Positions 41,840 to 56,027 are shown, numbered from the stretch's first letter. The stretch: 64,000 bases of DNA from Eledone cirrhosa (GCA_964016885.1 OZ024752.1:14508001-14572000); one strand, 5' to 3'. A program made the numbers and translations. Notes: generated from the letters alone by a model not told the origin.

Positions 41840-42149
41840 GAAAATTTTAGTAAGTAAGTTAATTTTTTAAATCTTTTTTTTTTTATTTTCTTATTTTACG
41901 TCCTTCATATTATTGTTCTGCATCCTCCTGCATTGAACCACCTAGGTACTATGACATAACTTATGTATTTGCTAGCATTAGCGTACATCTGTACGCATAT
42001 GTTAGTTGATATACTAAATTCTCTCTCTCTCTCTATATATATATACATCTATATATATATATACATATATAATATACATCTATATATATATATATACATA
42101 TATATATATACATCTATATATATATATATATATACACATATATATATAT

Positions 42150-42789
42150 TAGAAATTGAGGTTTTTTTACAAAATGAAAAATAACCGAGGTGTCCTACAC
42201 GAGTGAAAGTATAAAGAAAAAAAGATGAAATCGAAAATGCAACTGGAGCCTTATTTTTTTAAAAATATATATATTTATTTGGTTCCTTTACCGGTTTCGC
42301 AGTTCTTCTGCTATTCAAAAGTAGAGTTGAGATGGAGGTTCTGTGAATTTTCTCACATCTGTCAAAATACACACACGCAAACGCATGCGCAAAGAATACA
42401 AAATAAAATAAACAAATAAATAAATATATAAACAGACTAACTAAAATGGCGTAGAAAATACAATGTAACGGGAGGAAAAAATAGCACCACTGACGATGTT
42501 GCAGATGTGCAACGAAAGAACTTTGATAAACTATATATATGTGTTTGTGTCTATATTGTATCTGTATTATTTTTGACCGTTGGTCAGTCAATGGCACATT
42601 GAGGACCGAATAAATCAGATTACCGATATAAAAGACACAGAAGCGAAAAGCGAAAACCAACCAAACAGTGAGTGTGTTCTGTTATTAATTCTGGCAATAT
42701 TACACAAATATGACCCTCCCCAAGTATAACAATATTTGTTTCGACACACGATTTCATATCAAAAACCTCGCAAAACTAATTCATCCCCG

Positions 42790-42790
<1 letters not shown>
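42150..42790 (+). mobile_element. Solo pLTR/3' end of a PLE related to the 58141-59955 element, with an HHR-like motif at 42488-42525
   Basis: Shares blocks with 59610-59955 (gcatgcgcaaa, aaaatggcgtag, ctcccaa.gtataacaatat, acacacgatttca). Motif: ca CTGACGA t-gttgca-gatg-tgcaac GAAA gaac TT tg. Confidence 0.7.
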
Positions 42791-42827
<37 letters not shown>

Positions 42828-42975
42828 GTAATAAATACAAATACCAAAACCCGTTGATGTCTCGATAAGGTTTGTATAATTATGAATATATATATATACA
42901 CACATCCATACCTATCTTTCTCTATCTCTCTCGATATCTGTGTTTGTGTGTGTGTTCATCTGTGTGTATGATGGG

Positions 42976-43290
42976 GAAGGCGCACGCCTTAGAAATTAGA
43001 GAGTTGGACCTGGCGAGGTAGTATGTCGTTGAGCAAGAATCTTTATTTCACGTTGCTTCGGTTCACTAAGCTTAAGAAATGAGTTGCGCCGTCTTTGGTG
43101 CCACGTTGTATCGGCCTTGTTTACCTTGGACTACATCCCTGGCATGGATAAGGTTGGCTGGTATTTCCCGTTTCTAGAAATTGCTGGACTTCCACCAATG
43201 CTAGAAAGAAGTGTTGGGAGTGTTGATGTAAAATATTTCACAGGACTACTTGTAGTTTGAACGAAGAGGTAAAAACTAATGCAATGCCAG
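42976..43290 (+). mobile_element. Diverged tRNA-derived SINE
   Basis: Similar to 17708-17915 (gaaggc.cacgc..tag, ttgagcaa, tttcacgttgct). Confidence 0.55.
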
Positions 43291-45074
43291 CGAATGATAA
43301 TAAATTCTTTATTAATAGGGTTAGAATGTCTCGGAATGTAATCGTTTGAGAGATTTTAGGGGCAAAACCAACCATCATGTGCTTATGGAATGGTTTGCCA
43401 CTTGTTACCTAATATTCCACGTAGTCGGTTCCCTTGGTCAAACAACTGGAACATGCCTCGTAGAAACCGACGAAGATCCATTTCATTTTATTCTCCCTCC
43501 CCATCATCACTCAACCTCTCCCACTCTCTCTCTCACTCACTCACTATCTCTCCCTCCTGTCATTTACTCAACTTCTCTCACTCTCTCTCACTCTCTGTCA
43601 TTCCCTCAACCTCTCTCCCTCCCTGTCATTCACTCAACCTCTCTCACTCTCCCACACTCAATCTCTCACTCCCCGTCATTCACTAACCCTCTCTCACTTT
43701 CTCACCTTTTCCTCTTTCTTTTATTCTCGTCTTTATCACTACTATTTAATTGATATTTCGTTCAGTTATATTTATTGTTTAAATATTCCCGTGATTTATA
43801 TCAGATTTCTTTCATTTTCCCACAAACCTTGTAAGCTTCACTATTATACTTGTACATTTAGATATTATTTTCGTTTTGCCAGCATCTCTGTCATTCTTAC
43901 AGCTTGCCGTTATTTTGATTAACTACCTTAAATTAATGTTACGCAATTCCATACGCCAAATTTAATTTATATGTGCTATTTTTCACCCAAACTATAGTCT
44001 TGCTTTCCTCGGCTGTCTTCTCAATTTCATTTCTGGGTCTAATATTCTCCACTACATTTGTCAACCTCTAGCTCTGCTATCAATTCTTTTTGTTGCAGTA
44101 TTGCTCATTTTATAATTGTGTTATTTCTCCCTGAAAACCAGAGTATTGTTTTGTCTAATCTATATATCTATATATGTAAAACAGAAGATTTCTGTCTGTC
44201 TGTCTGTTTGTGTAACCGCATGCATTTCTACATTTTACAACCGATTTGCACCAAATTTCATACATAGGTTTGTGAAGTCCTATTACGCGTCGTAGGCTAT
44301 TTTATTTAGATTCTATTTGGATTGTGGGGCTCCCCAGAGGCAGGTAATCCCCTTAAGCCTCTCGCTTGGAGTCAGCAGTACTACTGTATAAAGGCCCGAT
44401 AATCCCTGCAGTTTGCCTCCCATCTTCACCAAAATTAATCTTTTGTTTCCTTATAGCCTACAAATAAATTTGCAGGCATGCACTTGCGCAGAAATTCAGG
44501 TAGGGGACCACTTGGTAGCAGTAAACCGACTTGATGAATGTTGAATTTGATATCATCAATGCAACAAAACGTCATAACTGCTTGAGTTGGTATTTTTTTT
44601 TCACGAAGCGAGACGTATTGCTTACCCATGGCTTATAAAGGAAGGTGAAACACATGAAGTTTTACTTGAACTTATCAAGGGGACCCCGGGGGGGGCAGTA
44701 AGCCCCTTCGACTTATCTATTGAAGTTCACATTAACACTGTATTAGTACCTGATAACTTTTGAAGCTTACGTTCGATCTTCGTTTTCACTTCCAAAACAA
44801 CAATCATCGTCGGATGAAATTTCAGAAATGTAAGCATCTGATTCATTGGAAGATAAATCACTAATATTATCTTTTGTTTCTTGTTCATTTTGAATGTCGT
44901 CGTGTGTAAAAACTTCAAAGTCGGTATCGCTACTTTCATTAGCCATGTTGATACAAACAAAAAATCTGTTCTACATTCAACGTTAAAAAACATATGTTGT
45001 TTTATGTTGTTTCTCTATATTAAGTGTTAATTTTCGCGGTAAGGGCCTAATCTTTCAGTAATCTCGGATTGACG

Positions 45075-48000
45075 AGATTTTGAAGGACGACGTGCCGTTC
45101 GGCGTAGCAGGGACGCCGTTGCAACATTCGGTGCTCGCGCACAAGAGGATGAAGGACGACGCGCCGTTCGATAAAGCAGGGACGCCACTACCACTGCTGC
45201 AGCACGAAATACTGAAACCATAGAGCAACGACGTGGCCGACTTCTGCAAAATGAACAGCGGCGATCATCGTTATGTTGCATTTCTAGTACTTGCAATTCA
45301 CGATGGTTGTTGAAGGCCATTAACTACGACCCCTCCTCCGACTACGCCGTCCATGCAGATATTCAAATTGGGGAAATGACCTCTACTTGCCACTTTTGAC
45401 GTACGAAATAGTGGCCAGGGGCGAGAGATGGAATGTGTTGTTCAAACGGTAAAGTTAGACTACCTCCTATTCACGACCCTCCAGAGACATTGCAACTCCT
45501 TTTGACAGACACGACAGAGGAATAATCGAGGTTTCTGCGTAATATCCGCCGCTACAATTCCGCTTTTAAGATGACATCCTTCGGAGCAAAGCTTGACTCG
45601 GAACGTGGGTTCATGCCAACTTTCAAGGTCCAAGGGCAGATCTACCACTTGATTGGGTCTATTCAGCATCTGGCAGAAAAAGATCCTCAATTTCTTCAGT
45701 TATACTTCGTTGGAAACTATCAGGAGCTGGCAAAGATGCGAAACTCTATTTCATCCGAAATTAACATTGGAACCATAATAACACTTCCAGAAATGCCTCA
45801 TGACAGAAACAGCTATGTTCGCAGTTTCAAGTACACTTTGGAAACAGCCACCGACCAAAACTTTAGTGTAGTCATACTTGCTGACCGAAGGCCATCTGGA
45901 GTACACGCTGGTCGGTTCAACGCACTAACATGTAATAAGATTGCTGCGGTTATTTGTGGTGAACAACACAACAAGAGAGATATCATTCTAAAGCAGCGAA
46001 ACAGCACATTACAGCGTATCAATGAGACACACAGGTCCTACGATGCACTCCAGTATCCATTGCTATTTGTTAACGGCGATGATGGATACCATTTCGGCAT
46101 TCCTAAACATTTGGCAGGCAATGGTGAGGCACATCCTAGCAAAACTGTCACCTGCATGGATTTCTACGCTTTCCATTTATGGCAAGGGACAATTCATTCA
46201 ACCATCTACACCATTCCCGGGACCTTTTCCAACAATTTGCTGTTGATATGGCCGCTAAAATGGAGTCCGAGAGATTATGGTTCATTAAATTAAATCAAAA
46301 GAAACTTCGATCTGAATGCTAAATTCATCTACGCGATAGAATTAACAACGACGTATCCCCAGACAATTTAGGGCAAGTGTGTATTTTGCCTTCAACGTTC
46401 ATAGTGGGACCCCGATACATGCAGGAGAGGACTCAGGACGCCATGACCTACGTACATTATGGGCGCTCCGACGTTTTCATAACGTTTATATGCAATCCCA
46501 AGTGGAAGGAGATTACAAACGAACTGTTCCACGGTCAAGCACCAACACACAGGCACGATCTCATAGCAAGAGTGTTTCGCCTGAAATTATCCAAATTAAT
46601 GGATTTATTAAAGAAAGGAATGTTTTGGGGCCTGTCAGGTGCGACATGTACACGGTTGAATGGCAGAAACGAGGGCTGCCGCATGCCCATATGATGATTT
46701 GGTTGGTTACAAAAATCGGTTCAAACTAATTCATTTCTGCCGAACTACCTGATCCGTCGATTAACAAGGACCTCTATAGTCACATCAAACATGGTACATG
46801 GTCCTTGCGGACATGGACTCAATATGAAGTCCCCGTGCATACACGACGGAAAGTGTACAAAACGATATCCCAGGCCGTTTTTTACAGCAAACACAGACTG
46901 GCGGTGACGGATATCCGTTGTGTAGGCACAGGAGACCTGAAGACGGTGGGTTTACAGCAAAAGTTGGTGAACGCGAAATCGATAACAGCAGGATAGTGCC
47001 ATATTGCCCCCTCCTCTTGAAAGCGTTCAACGCCCATATAGACGTCGAATTTTGCAACTCAGTAACATCAATTTAATACGTTTGTAAGTACGTAAACAAC
47101 GGAACGGATGCTGCCGTCTTTGGTCTTCGTCATGAAAACAGTAGAGATGAGGTATCTGACTACCAAGCAGGCCGATACATTAGCAACAATGAAACCTTTT
47201 GGCGTGTTTTTAGCTTCCCACTGCACCAACGACACCCCGTCATTAAACAACTTACCGTCCACCTTGAAAACGATCAACGGGTGTATTTCAACGATGCAAC
47301 AGCTGCTCAGCTAGCGATCTCACCAACGGAATCTACACTCACCGCTTTTTTCAAAATGTTGTCAACACGACGACTTCGCTCGAACTCTGCTGTATTCTGC
47401 AATACCGTCTTACTATACATGGAACCAGAAACAATGGCTACGAAGGAAGGTCATGCAAGAGGTGGTTGGACATCCAGGCATCAAATTCGACAATTGCCTT
47501 GGGCGAGTTTATACGGTCTAGCCTACCCAACACGAATGCTTCTACCTGCAACTTCTGCTTCATGAGGTATGAGGGCCGACCAGCTTCACTCATCTGAGAA
47601 CCGTCGATGGATACGCCTGCGGAACGTACAGGGAAGCCTGCCTGAGGCGTGGATGTTTAGAAGATGACGTACAATGGGATGAAACCTTGACGGAAACTGC
47701 CATCTCACAATCATCCCGCAGTCTAAGGGCACTTTTTGCTATCCTCTTGCACGTCTGTGAATTGAGCGATCCTTTCTCTTTATGAAAAAAGCTTAAAGAT
47801 GATTTCGCAGACGAATATAGGCATCTCGCTCAATTGCAATGTCCAAACTTAGATGTCGGCTTTTCATACGCTATATATAACAGAGCTCTGATAGTTATTG
47901 AAGACAGAGTGGCTTCAATGGGCGAATATGTCTTGGAAATATGGGCTTCCGCAAACACTTCGAGATGCGCTATCTGACATTTCCAACGACATTATACGTG

Positions 48001-49419
48001 AAACGTCATATGATGTTGACGAACTCAAAAGATATGTTGAAGAAAATGAAACATAACTTCTAATGGATCAAAAACAAGGCTACAACTTTATAGTTGATTC
48101 CAACCGTAATCGAGGAGAGGGCATATTCTTCCTGAACGCACCTGGAGGCACGGGCAAAACATTTGTAATCAAACTTTTACTCGCTGCAGTGAGGAAACAC
48201 GGATACATCGCATTGGCCTTGGCTTCTTCCGGCATTGCAGCAACTTTGCTGCCTGGTGATAGGACGGCCCATTCTGCCTTCGTCTACCTCTCAACGTGGC
48301 ATCATCCGAGACACCCACGTGCAACATCAGCAAGTCTTCAGGAAAAGCACTGGTGTTAAAGCGCTGCCTACTAATTTTTTGGGACGAATGCACAATGGCC
48401 CACAGGGCGGCTTTCGAGGCATTAGACCGATCACTCAGAGACATCAGGGACTGTCAAGAACCAATGGAAGGTGTCACTTTCTTGTTATCTGGGGACTTCC
48501 GACAGACTCTGCTTGTAATCCCAAAAGGTACAAGGGCTGATGAGGTTGGTGCATCCCTTAAGGACTCCCCACTTTGGCGTTATGTAAGAAAGCTGACGCT
48601 TACAACAAACATGAGAGCACAACTGCAAGGTGATGAGACATCAGCGGGTTTTGCTGCTGCCATTTTGTCGTTGGGAGATGGCAAAGTCCCACTCGACGGA
48701 GATGGTGCAGCGGATCTCACAGGGATTTGCAGATGCGTTAAGTCAATTGCTGAGTTACGGACGTCTATTTTTCCTAATCTTAGAGAGAACTACACAAATC
48801 AAGAGTGGTTGTGTGAACGCGCAATATTGACTTCGAAAATCCACATAGTTGGAAGCATCAATGAACAGCTCATGTTGTGCTCGTCTGGAAACCTGCACGT
48901 CTATAAGTCCCTTGGCTGTATGGCTGATCCGAACGAAGTTTTTAAATACCCACATGATTTCTTAACTCCCTAGACCCTCCCGAATTGCCACCACACTTAC
49001 TGCGACTTAAGAAAGGTGCCCCTGTCATGCTCGTCAGGAATTTGGAACCCCAAAGGCTTTCCAACCTCACGCGTCTGGTCGTCCAAAAGGCGATGCCTCA
49101 TGTTATTGAGGCAACAATTCTTACAGGATGTGGTAAAGGGGATACTGTCTTAATACTAAGGATACCTCTCATTCCATCCGGTAAAGACATTCCTTTCACA
49201 TTCAGAAGGCTGCAATTCCCTCTCCGGCTCAGTTTCGCCATGTCGATTAACAAATCACAGGGTCAGACGTTGACGGTCGTAGGGCTTAATTTATAAGAAC
49301 CGTGCTTCTCCCATGGTCAACTATATGTTGGCTGCCCTCGAGTGGGGAGCCGACATAACCTATTTGCTTTTGCAACTCGCGAGAAAACCCAAAATATAGT
49401 CTATAAGGACGTTTTGTAG
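45075..49419 (+). pseudogene. Helitron RepHel (HUH Rep + PIF1-family helicase) with multiple stops and frameshifts
   Basis: Motifs CCSNGK, YDALQYPLL, FITFICNPKW, VEWQKRGLPHAH, YVCKYVN, APGGTGKT, WDECTM, GDFRQTL, SINKSQGQT and CFSHGQLYV, spread over several frames. Confidence 0.93.
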
Positions 49420-49792
49420 GCACCCCATCCGCCAACAAGTAATCTCTGGGTTTTTTTTCGTATAAATGCTTACATTTGCTGTATCCATGTGCTACTTTTG
49501 TCCTTTTGACAATACCACGTACGCCACTGAGGTTGCTTTTACTATATGTTATAAATGTTCAATGTCTGTGTTTTCCGCATTTATATGTTGCTATTACGCT
49601 TTGCTCTCGATATTCCGTAGTTTTAAATTAATTAATCTACTTTTCCCAACATCTTATTTACACATTCTTTTGACATACCAGCGTTATCTTGCCAAGGCCG
49701 TTTTTGTGGACATCGACTGTTACATGCTTTTCTAGGTTACAATCTCAAATAACAAGCAAAACAAATACGACACACCAATTTGGTGTGAAGGA

Positions 49793-50165
49793 GTCGTCTT
49801 TGCTGACAGCTCTGCCGCTGGAACTTTTAAGAGTGAACGATCCAAAGCTCTCTTCAGAGCCACCAAATTTAAATTATTACCATCGGATTCATCTTTGCTG
49901 GCAGCACCGCCGCTGAGATATTTCAAATTGAACGTTAAAAGTTCCTCTTCAGGGCCACCGGCTATAAACTGTTATCGCTGAATTCGTCTTAGCTGGCAGC
50001 ACCGCCGCTGAGACTTTTAATAGTGAACGATCCAAAGCTGTCTTTAGGGCCACCAACTTTAAATTGTTACCATTGGATTCGTCTTTGCTGGCAGAACCGC
50101 CGCAGATATATTTCAAATTGAGCGTTTAAAAGCCCTCTTTAGGACCAACACCTATAAATTGTTAC
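49793..50165 (+). repeat. ~80-100-bp subterminal tandem repeats of the Helitron
   Basis: Recurrent tctttgctggcagcaccgccgctgaga...gggccacc; also present at ~15370-15584. Confidence 0.75.
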
Positions 50166-50759
50166 TTCTACAGTCGTGTTTAACGGAAGTCTTTCGGTTC
50201 ATTTAAAGGCTACTCCATTGACAGTTATATCGGGCAACGCCGGGTACCTATGCGAGTACCAATATAAAGTACAACAATTTTATCTTACACTTCTGTACTT
50301 TATTTACATGTATTATATTTTACGAGGCCTCTCCTTACCGCGTGACTACAAGATGTGCGTTTCTTTTTCTTTCCTTTAAACTTTATGTTTTATAATAGTA
50401 GGGCGGTGTAGAACTTATTTTGTTATTAAGTTTGAACTTAAAAGTTAATGTCTTAATCTTGGATTAGAGAGAAAACTCTAAAATTATAAACCCGATGAGG
50501 GAGCCAGTTAATTGTTTGGTGTTCTTTACTGTTACAACTGTAGAGGTCTTTCAGACACCTCTACGTTTAACTATTCCTTGTTTACTTTTTGCATTCTCAA
50601 AGGATATAGGAATGGAATTTGGTGAAGATAAATGTTCATATGTAACTCTAAAGCGGGGTGGGTGAAATAACAGCTGAAATGCTAACATTGCTTAGAAACA
50701 TACTCGACACGTCATGTTCCATCTTCCAACAAAGGAAGCTATAGAGATTATAATAATTA

Positions 50760-51170
50760 TTTCTACTTTTTGCACAAGGCCAGCAATTACTCAGTACATT
50801 ACTGGTACTTTATTTTATCGACCCCCGTATGGATAAAAGACAAAGTTAACCTCGGCGGGATTTGAACTCAGATCGTAAAGGGACGTAACTCTATGCTAGA
50901 AAGCATGCCCGACCCTCTACCGATACTGTCAATTCACCATAATAATGGATGGTTTCTTATACAGACATAAGGCCAGCAATTTTGGGGGAAGGTTAAGTCG
51001 ATTAAATCGACCCCAGTGCGTGACTGGTGCTTTACTTTATCGACCCCGTAAGGGTGAAAAGCAACGTTAACCTCAGCGGGATTTGAACTCATATAATAAA
51101 GGGGCGTAACTCTATGCTGCAAAGCATGGCGTCCGACCTTCTACCGATACTGCCAATCCACCGCCTTATG
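50760..51170 (-). mobile_element. Two tandem tRNA-derived SINE copies
   Basis: Two copies of ..tttatcgacccc..aagttaacctc.gcgggatttgaactca.., with the B-box on the minus strand. Confidence 0.78.
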
Positions 51171-52117
51171 GAGACTATAATAATCAGAGAACTCATTTCG
51201 TTTTCATACCAGGAAGGGTTTCCTTTACTGTTCTACTGAACAGGTTCCGACAATAGATGAGGAAGCATTGCAAGGATAAGCAGGGTTCAGTTTAACCAAT
51301 AAAGCACCGCAAGTTTCATATTATTAACTTCATGTACATAAAAAAACATTTTACTTTAATAGCATCCAGAAAATATCAAAGGTAGATCCTACTTTCATAA
51401 CTGTACCTCAGCATCATTCAGTTTATTTACAAAATGTATCAGGACAGATACTTGCCGCTCCGACGTCGATAAAGGAACATATCCTTACCAATCTTCCTTT
51501 TGTTAACGGTTGATATGTTAATGAAGAAGGAAGCGAATGGCGGCAATGCAGGTCTTTCCTAGGATAAAATGTAAAGGCTTTGCGCTCTGCATTAGGCGAT
51601 GCCAAGAACAAGCTAGATATATTGGGCTCAGGAATAGCTGACAACCAACGGGTGCCGAAATGTCCGTCCACACACACACACACACACACATACTTACACC
51701 CCCCCCCACACACACACACAGGCGACTATTTATTTCATTCAAACTCACCCACAATTATGGAAATAATCGATAAAACAAAATACATGACCACTTACCCCTC
51801 TAATAGAATCTGATCACCTCTCTCTACTCCCCTTAAAATTCAATAAAACTACATACATGCTTACAAACTTCCTTTAGGAACGCCGAAGAGAGAGAGGGGA
51901 GAGAGAGAACGTTTGTTTTTGAGTGTGGAACAGTCAAACATTTATTTACTTCAATGACAAAGAGAACTTATTACATTTCATACGAAACAACAATTATTCA
52001 AAAGCAACAGATAAATGTATTCAACAACAACAAAAAAATAGCGATAAATCTTTTTTAAAACCTCTCAACGAACGTGGAAGAAAGAAGTATCAGTGTATTT
52101 ACTATTCACAATAATAT

Positions 52118-52385
52118 ACTCTATGAGGTCACTAAACCTGCTAGAAACAGCAGCTAACTCTCCCCCATATCAGACCACTTCTACTGTCTTAAATTTAGAA
52201 AACATATCCTCTATGAGGTCACTAAACCTGCTAGAAACAGCAGCTAACTCTCCCCCTATCACACCACTCCCTACTGAATTAAATTTAGAAAACATATCCT
52301 CTATGAGGTTTCTAAACTGCTAGAAACAGCAGCTAACTCTCCCGCCTATCACACCAATCCCTACTGTTTTAAATATAGAAAACAC
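52118..52385 (+). repeat. ~90-bp tandem repeat x3 (likely SINE-tail derived)
   Basis: ctctatgaggtcactaaacctgctagaaacagcagctaactctccc recurs at ~52120, ~52210 and ~52300. Confidence 0.8.
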
Positions 52386-52653
52386 ACATTAGACAACCAT
52401 GCAGAACAACTCCATCGCCGCTCTGTTAATCGGCTGGCATCGTCTACGCGCGTGTTGCGCAACTACTGTGAAACAATAAATTTCAACACTTCTTTGCACC
52501 GAGATAATATCCATAGGCGAAACTACAATTGTCACTGCTGGCGCAGCTCCTGCTTCGGCAGTACAGGTCTGCAATTCATTCACCCAGTGCCTGACAGACA
52601 AAAAAGTGCTGCCATAAAATGGGTGGTGTAACCTAACTTTGGTAACTTACTGA

Positions 52654-52682
52654 CCCCGAGCAACGCCGGGCTTTATTGCTAG
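52654..52682 (+). mobile_element. 3' terminus of a second Helitron
   Basis: cccgagcaacgccggg hairpin followed by CTAG|T; same motif as 50231-50256. Confidence 0.65.
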
Positions 52683-53603
52683 TATATATATATTTGGCAC
52701 GGAAACTGGGAAGACCACACATCAGTGTAGTACTCAATACATGATATTATGATGCAGAGTGGGTATATCAGTGAGGTAGAGTATCGAGCACGATTTCAGG
52801 TGGTTAATATAACATAGGCATATTTATGATAGCCATATTCTCCTCGATCAACTAATCAGGAAGATATAGATTATTTTAGTTGTTCCACGACATTATATTT
52901 TCTGTTAGTATTCATCAGTAGCAAGTTATATCTGATTACATAATGCTAATAATTTTGATAATAGGTACGTTTTATTATATTGAATAATATGACGAAGCAA
53001 CTTCATTGAGAGGTTTTACGCAGCACATAAATTGATGAATATGAAATATCTCACTAAATATTATTGGTGATTTTCTGACTGTATATACATTTCTCTAGCA
53101 ATAATAAGATAATAAAATGTTTGGAGAAATGAATATGGTTGTTTTCTATCTAATAAAATTCACAGTCGATAGATCTGTGTAAATATTTACAGAAACTTTC
53201 GACCCCTTTGTCTCAAATAACAAATGTGTATCTTTCTATGAAGTTTAAATGCCAAAGTATGCAAGCAGTAAAATAAAAAATAATTTTAAAAAATCAAATG
53301 TTACAATTTAGCCTCTTGGAAAGTTGTATTAGGAACATCGTCTACAGATATAATTCAGCATTATATCAGGATGACATTCAAATAAACAGACGATTCCGAT
53401 TGTTACAACTTGACATACGATATTTTTTTCATGCTAAGATTTTTGTTTGCCACAATTCTCTACAAGTTATGGGGAGTCTAAGTGTTTACACTTATAAATC
53501 ATTCATTTAATGTATTATATATTCAAACTATAATGATCATGATTCTCTCTTGAAGCAGATATATTTGAATAACAACAATTATAATTGTTATTACATATAA
53601 AAG

Positions 53604-53691
53604 TCTTTTATGCAAACATTCTTTACACACTTCCTATTGTTTAATAATTATTAAACAATAGGAAGTTTGTAAAGAATGTTTGTATAAAAGA
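53604..53691. repeat. 88-bp near-perfect palindrome
   Basis: Centre ttaataa|ttattaa at 53647/53648. Confidence 0.85.
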
Positions 53692-54628
53692 TCACACATA
53701 CTCTCATTTATTTCGTCTTCATATTTATCATTTAATTTTCTGTAGCATAACATGAATTACAATATTCACCTTATCCAATTAGTCATAGCCAATATTTGTT
53801 AGAAAGAGATATGTATGTAGTTGTCCACTCACACAAATGTAATTTCCCTCGGGAAAATGAAGAAATGAAAATTATCGAAAATGATCGTGATTACCGCTAG
53901 AAAACATCTTTCAGTTTCGGATGATAGAAATTCCTTTTTATCATAAGGTATTATTGAACTGTAATTACTTACATTATTTTCATTTTCATTTGATATATCA
54001 CCTTGCAAATAAAACTGTTTTCCTCGTGCACACCCATCATATATATTAAACACTCATATCATTTGTGTAATTCCGTTGCAGTAGCTACTTATATCCATTT
54101 GAAATATTGAGTTTCTCTAATGCTTGGTGAAATAGTGTTACTTTAAGTAATTTATATATCAGAGAAATAGATTACAAATGATCACATTTCCATATAGGGT
54201 AAACACAATCATAATTATTACGGCATCAATAATGGATTATTATAATAGGCATTATTATAATACATCGTTAAGAGTATCTGAAAATGAATAGATCATAGTT
54301 TATAAAGTAAAGTATTTAATTAAGTATGATACGAAGACGTTTAACGGAAATAACAGTACATACAGTCGTTTCTTAATAGTTACTATACTGGTCAACAAAG
54401 AGGTTTTCTCAATCATAGATCAGAGTTGACAACACTAGTGCCGTGTCTTTAACTGAATCGACAACTGGTCTTTAATTAATTTATAGTTGCTTTCTAAGGA
54501 TTCAAACTATAAATAGGAATTCACAATGCCCGTCACAATATGAAAATACGCTCTTCACATGTGCAATGTGTCCGAACACGGAAGAGCCGAACTACCGCTG
54601 TCATCGCCTCCACCTCTCTTGCTCCACC

Positions 54629-54800
54629 TCATGTCTCTGTATAGTGAGCAAATTGGGCCCCTCGTGCTGGCCACCCCACAGCTCCGGTGGACAGAATGGA
54701 AAAGGTGTTTCTCCGGAGGATGGTAAGGGAGATACGCTGGAAGAGCCATTCCATCTCACTAGTCTCACACCTACAGCTGTCCAAACTTTTCAGTAACACA
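54629..54800 (-). pseudogene. 3'-terminal fragment of an RLE-type (CRE-like) non-LTR retrotransposon ORF
   Basis: EMEWLFQRISLTILRRNTFSILS resembles the LFQRLS...QRGNA.SIL C-terminal motif of CRE-clade ORFs. Confidence 0.55.
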
Positions 54801-56027
54801 TGAATGTCTGCCACGCGTCATGAAAAATAAAACCCCCCCAAAACAACATATTCTTCTTATCTAGATTTAATTCCAGAAAATGTTGGTACTGTAGGCTATC
54901 ATTACAATGTAGGATTAAATAAAATAGCAGAAATTATGAAATGCAGTCACAATGGCCGACTATTACTGGCGCATATATTGTACATATCCACACTATGTAT
55001 ATAGGTGAAAGTCATACCTATAACACTTAAAAAAACTTGCATATGTATTCATCTATTGCTCGTGTGTATAATTGGATATACAATAAATTTCAGATAAATT
55101 GTGCACGTAATAAGCTAGTGCATGTTGTTGTTTCGTTTCAAGGCATAAATCAAATCAACCTGTATGAAATAGAATGTAAAACACCACAGGGTCTCATAGA
55201 ATTAGAACAAATAAAATATGTATTTTATAAAACTAGAATTGATGGGAAACACGTCTAAATCATATTACAACTTACCTCTGACACCAGATTCGGAGAAGCT
55301 TGAATCCATCTCCGCAGAAATAATTGTTTATTGTGTTGACAAATCTTATCTCATATGATCTATAAACAATTATATGCCATACTACATGAGTATTAGACGA
55401 CATGTTTACAGGTTCATTGGAGTACCGGCGTATGAGTCGAGGTTTCTTGAAACTCTTATTTCTTTTGCTCGATGCTTTGTGTCTACGTCTAACTAATTTA
55501 GCACACAGTTGTACACACCAGTTAAGTGTGTACATACTATATGGTGCGCAGCGATTTAAATGTGTATTTACCATGTATTTAGCTACACCATAGCTTCCGA
55601 AGGAGGAGTTCCTATCAGATATTCTACATATGAATCGATGTCAGAAAGACCATATGAATGTTCATGTTTAGATACTGGTGGATTATACCTATTTGTGTCC
55701 TTTAATTACCATATTACAGTAAGATAAAAAGAGTTCTATTGATGTAAGGGAGTAACTGTATCAAGTAAATATATTCACGTGTAAGCCACCTTTTTATCAG
55801 CTTAATTTTCAGTTCTAACCAACAGTTTGTGCACCACAAGATGTAAGATGTGTCAAATTTCTTTAGGTAGGCAAACCTCAAGATAGTATATGAAATGAAA
55901 TTGCTTAATGTGAGATTAAAATGTAATTATATGAACAGTTATACATAAGCATAAATATTCTAACGTATTGAATGTAAATGAGACTGTTAGAAATGCTATC
56001 ATTACATGCATAACGTATGTATATAAT

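Larger units (their letters stand above)
44159..50256 (+). mobile_element. Decayed Helitron (Rep/PIF1 helicase)
   Basis: 5' A|TCTATATAT.. terminus. 3' cgggcaacgccggg subterminal motif, then CGAG|T (decayed CTAG). It contains a RepHel pseudogene. Confidence 0.9.

Noticed and set aside
50490-50570. ccgatga plus hairpins as an HHR
   Set aside because: The core is non-canonical and there is no correctly placed GAAA..UH.
54555-54749. 64-aa ORF with a KR site as a neuropeptide precursor
   Set aside because: There is no signal peptide, and an overlapping frame matches a CRE-like retrotransposon C-terminus instead.
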